DNA of 64,000 nucleotides from NCBI GenBank assembly GCA_964035545.1, contig OZ037772.1, positions 4,778,233-4,842,232 of the forward strand. The letters run 5' to 3'. The notes below the pieces were generated by a model. That model did no database searches and was not told the DNA's origin. It worked only from the letters and a program-made list of their open reading frames with translations. This document shows, one piece after another, positions 12,512 to 25,100 of the stretch. The DNA comes from Bugula neritina. Taxonomy: Eukaryota; Animalia; Bryozoa. A program made the position numbers and the translations under genes. The first letter of the stretch is position 1. Each line of letters begins with the position of its first letter.

Positions 12512-15420
12512 TGATTGATTGATTGATTGATTTATTGCATATCACAAACATGACAACATGTTGCAAAATTCAGTGTAAATATTGACTATAACATAATTTG
12601 GCATGAACAAAATTAAGAGAAAAAGTCAAAACTCTGTTAGATTATTTAAAATAAAAGCTCATTTAAAGTATTTACAAGATGTCACAAGAAGCTATCTCTG
12701 CCCCATGCCTCTCTATATTTGTGGTTCGATATCTTCCAGATGGGCATTGACTCAGAAAGTCATTAATGAAATGGTCATTGTCTACTATATGTCTGATGGC
12801 AAGTTATTTAGTGAGTTTCTGAATGTGCAAATCAATGTTTAGATACTCATTCCCAAGTTTTGAGCAATTTTTGAAAAGCTTTCGGATAGCCTTTTTATCA
12901 CTGGCATAGATACAAGTAAAAATAATAGGTTGACAATAGGCGATGCGGGACATAATGAAAATTTTGAATAACATCTTTGCTAGAGGTTTACAGCTAAGAT
13001 ACACAAAATTCTTCACAATATACATTCTTCTTGATACTGTTGTAACTACTGATTGTACATTTTCATGAAATCTCAAATTCTGATCCACTAGCACACCAAG
13101 ATATCGCACTTTTTCAGACAGCACAATGTTGGTTCCATTCAATACGAGAGTTGGGGTATGAGGTTTAGCATTTCTTGAGTCTCGCTAGGGTTTAATAATT
13201 TGTTTAGATCATCACATTGCTTAGAAATTCTTTTAATCTCCTCAAAGTAAATATTTAGATCAGACTGCTTGCCAATGCAGCCAATAATGCAAGTGTCATC
13301 TATATATTTAATTACAGTTATGTTGCTCTAGCTTGATGTAATCCTATTGGTGTAGATAGAAAACAATAGTGGAGATAAACAGCACCCTTGGGGAGTTCCT
13401 GTGTTAGTTATGATTGGATTTGATGTTATGCCATCCACTATTGTGGGCTGTACTCTGTTTGTAAGAAAGCTGCAAATCCACTAAGTATTATTGGAGTCAA
13501 GATGAGTTAGTTGCGTAATGAGGTCTGGAATATATATAGTATTGAATGCAGAAGAGAAGTCTAGAAAGAGGCACCTTGGGTAATTGGATGCTTCCTTACC
13601 AATGAAACTTGTCACAGTTGTAGTTAGACATAACAGCGCATTTTGTGTAGAGCGATGTGTACAATATGCGAACTGATATTTATCCATAGGTGTATGAGTT
13701 ATAATGTAGCGTTTGATGAGCCTTTCCAGCATTTTGCATATACAGCTTGTGAGAGCAATTAGACGATATTGTTTAAGTAGTTCCGGATTTTCTACTTTAG
13801 GAAGTGGCTTGATCATGGCAGATTTCCATGAATTTGGAGTTGTCTTGGATTGGGCGGAGAAAGTAAACAGTTTCATAAAGGCAGGTGCTAGTTGATAGCA
13901 GCAGGTTTTCAAAACTTTCGAAATGAGACCATCAGGACCTGTACCCTTTTGAAAGTTTAGTCCCTTTAGCTGTTTGAGAACAGCATCTTCCGATATTTCC
14001 AATGGAAGTGCACTGATAATGTTTTCATCAAAAACAGGCTGATGAGATACAGGCTTTTCAAATCGGGTGAAGAGGGTATTTATGTCATCATGTGTAAAGG
14101 GGCTAGCTTTAGCAGTAGTTGTCTTGCTGTGTGGTAGACCACTTATTTTCTTTATATCAATCCATGCTTTGGCTGGTTGATTTATTAGTTGTAGTTGAAT
14201 TTTCTTAGAGTAGTTAGGTTTGCTGTTGGTTATAGATCTGGTAACATCATGTTTGAGCTTATTATATAGTTTACGGTTTCCTTCTTTGTGGGCTACTTGT
14301 TTTTGATAGATCATTTCTGTAATATGTTTAGTAATCCAAGGTTTCTGATTGGCACCTGTTCTGAAGCTTTTCATGAGTATGCACCTATCTGTGCAGAAGT
14401 TTATATAGTCTGTTACAATTTTAGATTGTTGATGGATGTTATCATCATCAGAGAGCAGATTATTCCAGATAGTAATGTCCAATGCTACTTTCAGCTTTTC
14501 ACAGTTCTCTTCAGAATATCTACGTCGGGTGACTTGAGTTGGTTTGTATTTAGATAATGGTGGGTAGGTTGGTATGAGATGTGTTATAAAGTGATCTGAC
14601 CCACCAAGCTTTGCAAGTTGATGGCAGTGTTTGAAGGCATCTTTGATTCTGATATAGCATTTATCAAGAATTTTATTGTTGCAGGTAGGTGTTTTGACTG
14701 TTTGATATTATCAATCAAGTTTAATCGGAACCTGATTTAAGTCCCCTATTACAAAAATGCAAGAATCAGGGTGCTTTTTCTTTGAGTCTTTAACATGTGT
14801 TGATATTGTTTTAGCTGTGGATGAAGCATTTTGTTTTAATCTAGAAGCATTGGTGAAGGGAGTATAGCATGAAACAGTGATAATTGAAGTAAACTCTCTT
14901 GGAAGTCAGTTAGGTCTTGATTTAATTGTCATAATTTCACAGTGAATGTCCATATATTTGAATATAAGGTTGTTATTTGTTGACCATTTGTTGTCAATAT
15001 AGACTAGAATTCCTCCTCCACAGGTTTTACCGCTAGCATCTGGAAGTCTGTCCATCTGGCACTGTTCATAACCTTCAAGCGCAGTTCTTGAATGTAGCAC
15101 ATCTGGAGTAAGCCAGGATTCCGTTATACAAATGAGCTGAGATTGGTTACTAAGTCTTTTAGTTTTAAGGAAACTGTGAAGTTTGTCGAGTTTATTTCTT
15201 ACAGATTGTGCATTAGTGAGAGCAACTGCAGGTAATGGTACTTTACCAGTTTTAGTACTGTGGTTGACTCTAACTCCGCCATGCTTGCCCCTCTTTCTAG
15301 ATCAAAGAAGTCTCGCATCAATAACCTTTACTGCGTGTTTGTAGTTAGTGTTCGAAATATCTTTTAGCTGATGTCGAGTCATAGAGCTTCTGATTGATCC
15401 AAAAATCTTTGCAATGTTGC
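12512..15420 (-). mobile_element. Rex1/Babar-clade LINE (APE endonuclease + reverse transcriptase), degenerate, abutting or inserted in the Gypsy LTR
   Basis: Endonuclease motifs RKRGKHGG...LPAVALTNAQSVRNK, ITESWL, GKTCGGGILVYI, SDH. RT motifs GPDG, YRLIALTS, QFAY, FLDFSSAFNTI, GTPQG. The 3' end is aataaa followed by a (tcaa)n tail at ~12537-12513. The 5' boundary is approximate. Confidence 0.9.
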
Positions 15421-16455
15421 TATCATCTTAACAGAAAAAAGAGATAGTGAAAGTCACACTTCTACCATCTGGTAAACAAGTAGGTTTTTCTTTTATTCAG
15501 CTGATTCAACCATAATTAACATTTAGCTCATGGCTTGGCAACTGGATTCATAATTTGGTAACTTGCTATTTGAGTGATGTCTTTGTAACTGCACTCAGCT
15601 TTGAACAAATTGTTTCAAAATGACTGATATTTTTTGAGCTTCTAAATATTCTAATAACAACTAGAATAATCACAACCTGCTAAGCAGAATGGTTAACTTG
15701 AAGGTCGCAGCTGGAATAACCCAGGAAAAAACTGATTACAAAATTGATTGCATTCTAAATTAAGTCAAGGCTAATATTGATAGCTCCAACAGGTTGAGTG
15801 TTGTAACAACAAGAAATATACAAAAAAATAAAGCAATTTATGTTCTCTGATATGCTTTTTTTATTGTTTCGAAAGCCCCTTCATTTTCAAGTCATAGCTT
15901 GTTGAAAAATATTGTCCCCTTTTGAAATATTTCTTAACTTATACACTCCTGACTTGTTATTGTATCTCTATATGCTTTGTATTTGAGTGCTCGTTAGTCA
16001 CGCTTTACTAACTCTGCCTTTACTTATACTATACAAGTGCCAGCCAGCAAATGTACTAGGAAAGTTATAATTAGTCACAGGAGCGTAGCTAGAACCACCA
16101 TATGAAGAATGTAGGTAACTGCAATGAAATTTGAAAAACAAAGAAAGTATATCAGAGAAAACATATCAAGAAACGTCAAATTTAGATTTTAGACTTAATA
16201 AAATCAAGCCCTTATGTTACAGCAGTGGAACATGGAGGGTGTAAAGTGTTACTTATTGTATAACAACTTTATCAAAAAATTTTCTTTTGAAAAAATGAAA
16301 AAAAAATTATGGAAGAGGAATGCGAGAGCTATCTGTTCATGTATAATTTTTCAATGTGAGACAGAAACTGTTCGAGCTATTCCCTGGAAACCGTTTATAT
16401 ATAACATAAAGCAGTGCCTGAATCTGGAAAGTTATGACCTTAAACTAACTGTGTG

Positions 16456-16756
16456 GTGATCACTCCCTACAGATTGGCTAATGATCATCTGATCATTCTT
16501 GTATTACAACAGCTGAGCAAGTATAAAAAACCATGATTCGCCAGCTCCACGTTGTCTTAGATTGGAGCTGGTTTAATTAAGTATCTGTATTCATGCTAGT
16601 ATTTAGCATATGTAGTCTTTTCTTCTTTTGCCGGTTTTTTACTCTTGTATAATTTGTGTGCAATAAATCTTTCTATACTCAATACTCTGAATTAGTAATC
16701 TGCACAGCATCTCATCTTGAATACCCACGCATTGTAGTCTTTACAAATTCACAACA
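16456..16756 (+). mobile_element. Partial solo LTR of the same Gypsy family, opposite orientation
   Basis: Reverse complement of ~12080-12381 (gtgatcactccctacagattggctaatgatcatc...caataaatc...cacaaca). Confidence 0.85.
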
Positions 16757-17061
16757 ATAGACCTTGAAAGTCAGTGTATGCTTCTATTACTTTCAACAAT
16801 AAAGCTAATTTACTTGGTAAATATATAGTCAAACACAAAGTTAGTTCAAGCTTATAGGTAATTGCTTATTATAGCCTCTTTTATGAAATGAAATTGAATC
16901 ACATGCTGTGTAAGGTAGCTCAGGCACCACAAAATTGATATCTTTTTATGAGGAGCCTTTTGTGTACATACAAAAGGGGTTGAAAGGGGTATTGTTATGT
17001 CCCTGTATGTATAGTGAGTTGTGTAAACTGCAATACATTCATTTTGTGAAGTTTCTTTATT

Positions 17062-17819
17062 CACAGGACAGTTAAGGGCAACCTTTTAGCTGCAACTGCC
17101 TTGCTGAGGTTTGCATTGTAATCATATAAGAATTCAGTACGAGTAAAATATAATCTCACCTAATTGTGCTAGAGTCATAATTTAAAAACTATATTGTAGA
17201 TCTTCTTTATCCTCAGTGCAACTTTTTTAGAAATTTCAATTTTCATTTTTTTTGCAAAGTTATGAACAAAAAACTGCCCAATTTTGGCCATTTTTGCCAG
17301 AAAAGCTGATTTTTCGTTCAGTACCAGTAAAATATCTCAGCAGCAAAACATGATATCTAAATAAAAGTTGCACTGCTGAAATCCTGAGATATTTCTCCAG
17401 TGCAATTTTTTTTTTTTTTAATAACTCTGCTAGATTGCTCATAAATTGGTGATTTATACACTGAAAATGCCATATTTTTTCATAAGAAACTAGCAGCGCG
17501 CAGTGCTTCACGCTTCAATGAGCAAGTAGGGATGAGAAGACATTGGTGCGTACATAATAATTACAGGCTCCCTAGCTGGCAGGCTATAATGAATAGCTCC
17601 CTTTGTATTTAGTTTATGTAGCACCCATCATCGAATGTTGATAGATAACGCAGCCCTAACGAAGGTTGCTCCTTATTGGTTGTAGTTTAATCTTAGGCTG
17701 AACAATTGCAAGTAGGCAACACGCATGCCACCCGCAGAGCAATATTATTAAAAAAACTGACCTACATTTTGAGAGAAATTTATGATATTCTTAGTGAGGA
17801 TGCCCTTAACTATCCTGTG
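17062..17819 (+). mobile_element. ~750-bp MITE, CACTA/EnSpm(CMC)-like, copy 1
   Basis: TIRs cacagga(c/t)agttaagggca ... tgcccttaactatcctgtg with a 2-bp TT target duplication; non-coding. Confidence 0.85.
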
Positions 17820-18414
17820 TTATAGTTACTACTTACACTACATTAGAAGCTGCAATTCTATAACTCTCCTAATATGTAGCTTTGCACCTATCCCAAGGTG
17901 TTTCTTTGCCAAATAATATCCCTACGAAGCCAGGCATTCCATCGATGAGTGGCAGCAGACACTGGTATGTATAATCTTCAAGTTTCACTTTGTATACTTT
18001 ATTCCCTCTACAATGGGAATGTAGGTCAACTGCCTTTCCCGTCAGCATAGCTACCATCACAGTAAGTCACCGTCTTTGGCGACAGCTCTTTGTTAGGGTC
18101 ACCATGGCAACAGACTATTATAGTATAGAGACAGTAGGATCAGCAGGCAGCTTCTCAAACTGCTGTCACCAACTTAGTCTACATCCGAAGTTATTCTGGC
18201 AGGAGTTTTTAGTATTGAACTAGTTTATGCAAGGGAAGCTGTGACACTGTCACACTTCATGTCACTTTTACAAGTATTTCACGCATCATGAACTAACTTA
18301 TTTTTATATATCTTAAAATACAGAGCATGCTTTTCTTACTTTCAACCATAAAGTTAGATTACTTGGTGTAGATATAATCAAACACAAAGTTAGTTCTAAC
18401 TTATAACTCAAAGT

Positions 18415-18752
18415 AAGTGCTTATAGCTGGGCATTGACCATATTGAGAGGCATTGACTCAGAAAGTTATTGATGAAATGATCACCGTCTATTATATATTT
18501 GATGACAAGTTCTTTAGTGCGTTTCTGGTTGTGTAAATCAATATTTAGATACTCAATCTCAAGTTTTGAGCAAACTTGGAACATCTTCCGGATAGCTTTT
18601 TTATCACTGGCATAAAGCAAATAAAAATAATAGGTTATAGGCAATATAGGTGATGCAGGACATGATAAAACTTTTGAATAACATATTTGCTAGAGGCCTA
18701 GAGCCAAGATACACGCAATTCTCCAGAGTATACATTCTTTTTGATACTGTTG
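18415..18752 (-). mobile_element. 3' fragment of the Rex/Babar LINE family
   Basis: Close similarity to 12740-13045 (YASDKKAIRKMF..CSKL..EYLNIDLH); a further short piece lies at ~18940-18997. Confidence 0.8.
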
Positions 18753-18935
18753 TTTTTTTTTGCTGTCCCTCTAAGTAGAGTATGATGTCTGCCTACAGCT
18801 GTTTGTGAGTAGCTTGATGACCTCTGAGTCCTTTCAGTGATCTGCATATGCGTTCACAGCGGAAGCATTTGAGGTCATCACTCGGTGTGTCTGTTGACCT
18901 AAGCATGGGCTTTGGGGTTTGCTGTTTGGGGTTAG
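18752..18935 (-). mobile_element. 3' end fragment of an RTE-type LINE
   Basis: Minus strand encodes LKCFRCERICRSLKGLRGHQATHKQL*, the C2H2 finger typical of RTE ORF C-termini, followed by a short UTR and an A-run. Confidence 0.6.
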
Positions 18936-18997
18936 TAACAATAATAGGTAGACGATAGGTGATGCTGAACATGATGATGAAACTTTTGAATTACATA

Positions 18998-19650
18998 CAC
19001 GGGATAGTTAAGAGCATCCTTACTAAGAATATCATAAATTTAGCTCACAACGTAGTCTAGGTTCTTGCTATGATATTGTTTTGTGGGTGGCATGCGTGTT
19101 GCCTGCCTGTGTATGTTTAGCCTGATATTAGACTATGACCAATAAACAGCAAGCTCAATTAGGGCTGCATTATATATCAACATTCCACTGTGGCTACTCT
19201 ATAAATGAATTACACACCAAGCTATTCACTAGCCTGTCGGCTAGCAGGTCTGTAATTAGTAATGTGCACACCAAAACCTTCTCATCTTTACCTGCCGACT
19301 GAAGCCCAAAGTGATGTGCGGTGGTAATTAGTAAGGAAAAACATCTCCTTTTCAGTGTATAAATCACAAATTTATAGAAAACTCTTGAAGGCTATTCGAA
19401 ATATTACAAAAACAAAGCTGCAGAAATATTTCAGGGTTCCAACAGTGCTTTCTTTTTTCAGGTATTATGCTTTCCTGTTAAAATATTTTTTACTGGTACA
19501 GACATGATGTTTTTTTAGCTAAAAGTAGACAAAGATGAGTAGTCTTTTGTCTGTAGCTTAGCCAAAGTTAATATGGAAAACTTGGAATTCTAAAAAACCG
19601 GTGCTGACGAAGAAAGCTAGCATCTACAGCATAGTTTTTAAATTTTAAAT
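18998..19650 (-). mobile_element. Diverged, truncated MITE copy 2
   Basis: Begins cacgggatagttaagagcatcc and is collinear with 38407-39155; lacks the other TIR. Confidence 0.75.
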
Positions 19651-20350
19651 TAAGTTTTTCGAATACAGCATATCATGGAGTCTGCAGTAACAGACAGTGG
19701 CTATGTATAAATTCTGAAACATTATGTTATATTAAGTATATATTATATCATATCATATGTTACAATATAGCATTATTTTTAGGGTTGTCTTCTTTCTAGA
19801 TTGTTATATGAACAAAATTGAATAATTATGTACATAAAATTGTTTTTTTAACAGATAATGACTTTATAAAAAGAACCACTATTTATGTCTTTTATAAATA
19901 TACCCCTTACCAGAAGATTTAAAATAATAGAGATGAGTAGAATTACATCACCGCTATCTATTTTACAAGTCTATAACCAAGACAGACACGCTACTTACTG
20001 TAGACACACAGACAACTCACTGTATCATTGATACCTGGAAAAGTCCATTTACATTCTCTAATTGTAGGTCATCTAATACTGAAAACACATAAATAGTTAC
20101 AGAGATAGAGCATCTTCAACTGCTACAGATAAAAGTCAACATTCAATGAAGTGTAAAGAAACTGAAAATGAGTCAGTAATCGTCTACAGGTATTCCACCA
20201 TAACTATAGTTTATACAAGTTGGCGGTTTTGCTCTTTTTTATATACATCACTGCACATGTATAAAACTACTAAAACTCTACTACCATGCAACAAAACATA
20301 TTTTAGCCAAAAATTTTTATACTCCTCAACTATATCATATATAATTACAG

Positions 20351-20566
20351 ATACCTACAGTGTCTGGTTCAGACACTCTGGAGAAGATGTACTTGATTGG
20401 AAATAGTGTCTAAAAGACACAAGAGAATACACCATAGATGATATAAAGGTCACACAATCACCCACATGATAGTAGATGTAGCTCTACCAGATAATATTCA
20501 TTTACTGGCTCCAGAGTTGAGATACTTGAGAGTGAAAAATGTGGAATCTGACTCTAACCTGTCTGA
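20351..20566 (+). pseudogene. Candidate upstream (LRR N-cap-like) exon of the LRR-ROCO-caspase gene, disrupted in its 5' half
   Basis: Acceptor ttacag and strong phase-2 donor GA|gtaagt, compatible with the LRR exons. The 3' part encodes MIVDVALPDIIHLLAPELRYLRVKNVESDSNLS; no frame is open across the 5' part. Confidence 0.35.
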
Positions 20567-22134
20567 GTAAGTATCAGTCTATTACTAAACATATAGAATA
20601 AGATAAGAATAGCTTTAGTGGAGGTGACTACAAACAGAAACAAGCTACCAATTTTCTAACAAAAAATTCAGCTCTTAATAAAATTAATACGTAAACAGAG
20701 TCTCTAATAAAGTAATGTTTTTTGCCACATATATATGATACTCTGTGTGTAATTTTGTTATCACATCAACCATCTGGTCTGCTTTGGTGTGCCAGGCTTA
20801 CGTATATCTTGTGCAGGGTTTATAAGCTATATATTAAAAATAGTAAACGATGTATTTTATTTTAGAGTCTAAACTCTTTATGTAGAATGTAGAATGACTC
20901 AATTTAAAACTATTTGCTGAGCTATCTTACAAAATTACTTCTACCTATTAAGTTACAAGCTGGGTTAATTATGCTATTCTAAAACATTTCTAAATATATA
21001 AGCAGATGCCATAAAGAATGCATAAAATATAACAAAGTAATCTTTTCTGTTTTCATATTATTTATACCGCGCTGCAACCTTAATTCAAGTGTATTATATT
21101 CATTTACCTTCATGTCCGTGACTGTCAGAATACACCTGATTAATTATCAAACAACAAGTAGTTAATGCTGATCACTGATAAGGAGAAAAGAAAACTTTAG
21201 GTTAATTGTGTGTTTGAAACAGTAGTTGTCATAATAATTTAATAATTATATGCCAGCAATTAAAAAAGCGAGTTGAAACTTGGTTCCGCCTAAAGTAGTG
21301 TTTACTCAACTGATAAAATGCATAAGTTTGGGTATATCATATGATACCGATGAAATTGCATAAAACAAGGGAAACATTTTTACTTGGAAGGCTTGTAAAA
21401 ACTCTGTTATTCAGAAAGAATACAAACACCTTTAGGTCTTTAAGATAAGTGAGAATATTCACTTCTGGTAGAACTTAGCACTCTAAGCAAAAAGTAACAA
21501 ATAGCAATATATCACATGTTAGACTCCGGCCACCTGCCAATTATAAATCAGGAGCTGTCTAAATGCACAGGAGTTTAAAAATAGAATACTTTAATAGAAA
21601 TAGTTACACTGTGTATGAGTATAAACGACATGTACTAGCTAGCTAAATAACAGTGTAAACAAACGCTGTGCAGGTGTCTAATATAACATGTCTACTTAAA
21701 CATGTTTGATGTAAATCTTTAATAAACTGTTGGATGAACGAAATAGGTTTTAAATTTCTTTGCTTCAGGGAAGTTATCAATTTGCTATCACTAATCATGA
21801 AACAGTTCATTTCATAAATTTTACCATAGGAAGCTCTACATTATACCTATACTGTAGTAGTTTTACGCTGCATGAGGAATAGAGGTTGTACAATAAGCTA
21901 CGTTGTATTCCTGTATTCTTGTAGTTTTTGACTCATGTAAAGTTTTTCCTAATTATATCTTATGTAAAAAACATATATATTCTCTTACATTCCTGACTAC
22001 ACATTTGGATCATTACATAATATCCATGTGATGTAGTAATTAGCAAAATACAAAACAGACCTACAAACTATAGTTCTGAAAACTATAATGGTAAGATATT
22101 GCATGCAATGCAACTGCCATTGAAACAGCCAACC

Positions 22135-25100
22135 AGGATTATCATGGCGGAAAATGCTACCGGAGTACTCCCAGTAGCAGAAGAGCTGGCGCAGCCTCCA
22201 TGTCTTATAGAAAGTGATCCTATACGTAAAATAGATTGCGAGGACCCGTGCTACAAGGTAAAAAGGCGAACAGGCATTGCCTGAAAGCCTCTATCTTCAC
22301 TGGCCAGGAGGATTTTGAACAGTTCATCCAGGAATTTAACGAAATAGTAGCCATTACACAATGGCAACCCCGTGTGGTCCTGATACAGTTGTGGCTGGCG
22401 TTGACGGCGAAGGCCAGGCCTTTTGGGCTATAACCTTACGTCAATGGGATATCTGCTGCACTGTGTGCCACCTTCGGCTTTTCCACTGTAGACGCCAGGG
22501 CCTGTCTACAAGGTCGCGGTGTGACCGGTGCACATCTCTCCAGGAACATGCCGCTTCGGTTGAGAAGTTGGTAAGATCGCGTATGGCGACTTGCCACCTG
22601 TTAATCAAGAGTGTTACACTTTTGATACCTTTTGGCAATCACTTAACGACCTTTTTCTCTACCACCAGTTTCTGGCGAGAAGAGTCGTGACAGCTAAGAA
22701 TGCCTTTCGCGAAGGTGAGGCCTACCTATTGGCTACCCAGCTTTGTAGGTGTCGCATGAGTTCCCGACAGGTTAATGTAGACTAGGCAGAGGATCGCTAT
22801 GGTCATCGACCCACTCACATAGCGGCAACCACCGCAAGTTATCCATTAGACCCAGAGGTTAGCTGTATGACCAAAATGATGGGGAAGCTAGTGGCAGTCC
22901 TAGCTTAATCCGAGGCGTCGAGCTCCGCTCAAAAACTCCTGCAGTCGAGGGTTGGGCCGTGGCAACGACCCTCTGCCATGTGCTGGGAATGTGACGGTCA
23001 CAAAAATCTTCATTAGGAGTGCCTGAGGATGGGAAGGGAGCTAAACTCTCACAACCCATAGATGTTTCCGCCTACTGCGAGTCGAGCGTGAGGGACTTCC
23101 CATGGGAAAACCGTCAGCTGTTCGAATAGATGCGACGGACAATCCTGCAAGGATGGCAGGTGCCACACAAAACAGATCGACCGTATAGTAGATCGGATAT
23201 CTTCACCTTGCCACTCTACAATAGCTTCGGCGGGTTACCTGAACCAGAACCTGAAGAGAGACAAGACTTTGCATCTGAGGGAATGCTTTTCCCCTCTTGA
23301 AGACCTGCTCGTGACTGCCGAAAGTCACATCAGTCACAGCTCAAAGCGAGAGAGGTATCTCCTGCATAGAATGAGCGAGCTAAGGGAGTACAGGTTCAAA
23401 CCTATTGGGCAGCTACTTCTTACCAGGCAAAGTAGCCGGTCAGGTTGTCATCTTCCTGTTAGATTCAGGCTTTACCACAAACATTTTTAGTCGCCAGATC
23501 TTTGATACCCTCATCGCTAGAGATAAGGCTGGGTTGGAACCATACGACGGGGAACATGGCACGTTGGCGGACGCGTCATGTATTCCCTTCCACAGGATAG
23601 TTAAGGGCAAGCTTTTAGCTGCAACTGCCTTGCTGAGGTTTGCATTGTAATCATACTATATAAGAATTCAGTACCAGTAAAATAAAATCTCACCTAATTG
23701 TGCTAGAGTCAGATTTTATAAACTATGTTGTAGATCTTCTTTTTCCCCAGTGCAATTTTTTTGGAAATTTCAATTTTCATTTTTTTGCAAAGTTAGAGAC
23801 AAAAACACTGGCCAATTTTGCCAGAAAAGCTGACTTTTTAGTACCAGCAAAATATCTCAGCAGCAAAACATGATATCTGAATAAAAATTGCACTGCTGGA
23901 ATCCAAAGATATTTCTCCAGTGCAAATTTTGTTCTTTTTCCAATGACTTTGCTAGATTGCTCATAAATTGGTGATTTATACACTGAAAATGCTATTATTT
24001 TTAATAGGAAACTAGCAGCGCGCAGCACTTCACGCTTCAATGAGCACGTAGGGATGAGAAGATATTGGCGCGTGCATACTTATTGCAGGCTTGCTAGTTG
24101 GCAAGCTATAATAAATAGCTTGCTTTGTACTTTGTTTATGTAGCACCTATATTGGAATGTTGATAGATAACGCAGCCCTAATGAAAGTTGCTGCTTCATG
24201 GTTGTAGTTTGATCTTAGGCTAAACAAATGCAAGTAGGCAACACGCATGCCACTCGCAGAGCAATATTATTCAAGAACCTGAACTACATTTTGAGAGAAA
24301 TTTTTGATATTCTTAGTGAGGATGCCCTTAACTATCCTAGGTCTATGGTATAGTTTAGTTGACAGGACATGTGCAGGATCAGGCTAACCGGAAGACGTTC
24401 ATTGCCTGTCAACGCAAGGAGGATGCTCTTTTCGGAATGCTGTTCTTGAAGGAAATGGATGCCATATTGACCTTAGAAAGCCTGCGGTGGTTATGGCCGG
24501 GTATAAGCTCACCTTTTTCAACAAGTTTGGCAGTCCTTTCATAGGAGGCGTGTAGATAGTACGGAGCTGTATGATACCTAGCTGCTCTCGTCCAACTATC
24601 TATTTCAGGGTGAATAGTAGGCGGATCTTAGAACTAAAAGTAGTGGAAGGCGTGCATGATAGAATCTAACTTGCCAGCAGCTTAAATAAGTTGACTGCAT
24701 GAAAAGAGATTTTAGTGAAGTGTATCAACCCTTTCACGTAGTCTGTGGAGCTGTCGTCTGGGTTCATGGTGGGCCGGTTTCACTCTGTCTAAAAAAGAGA
24801 TGTGGGGCCGTCATTGGGCGAGATGACGGACAAGCTCTGTCGACCTCAGCAAGGAGGTCGGACACCGGTCCTGACACACATCAAGGACTTGTACAAAGTG
24901 GCCTGTCAGGGCTGCATTAGAAACGAGGAATGCCTGGCCATGGCAAAGCTGCTGCGGGAGTAAAAAGACGTGTTTCGTAATGGAGGCTTGTAGACCTGAC
25001 ACGGGCTGTCCGTCACAATATTCTTCTAGCTGCAGGGGCGGTCCCGATCCCACAATCTACACATAGGTTAAGACCGGAAAAGAAAAAGGTGAGCCGACAA

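Noticed and set aside
17062-17090. MITE terminus CACAG.. as a RAG/Transib recombination signal acting on the LRR cassettes
   Set aside because: No nonamer is evident after the heptamer-like end, TSDs are 2 bp rather than 5 bp, and no such signals flank individual exons.
17860-18230. Possible retroelement remnant on the minus strand (FEKLPADPT, MPGFVG)
   Set aside because: Only a faint resemblance to the Penelope RT N-terminus; too degraded to call without a search.
16775-18410. ~90-bp direct repeat (~16775-16860 and ~18325-18410) as element termini
   Set aside because: The copies are diverged with no TSD or terminal motifs; probably a local duplication.
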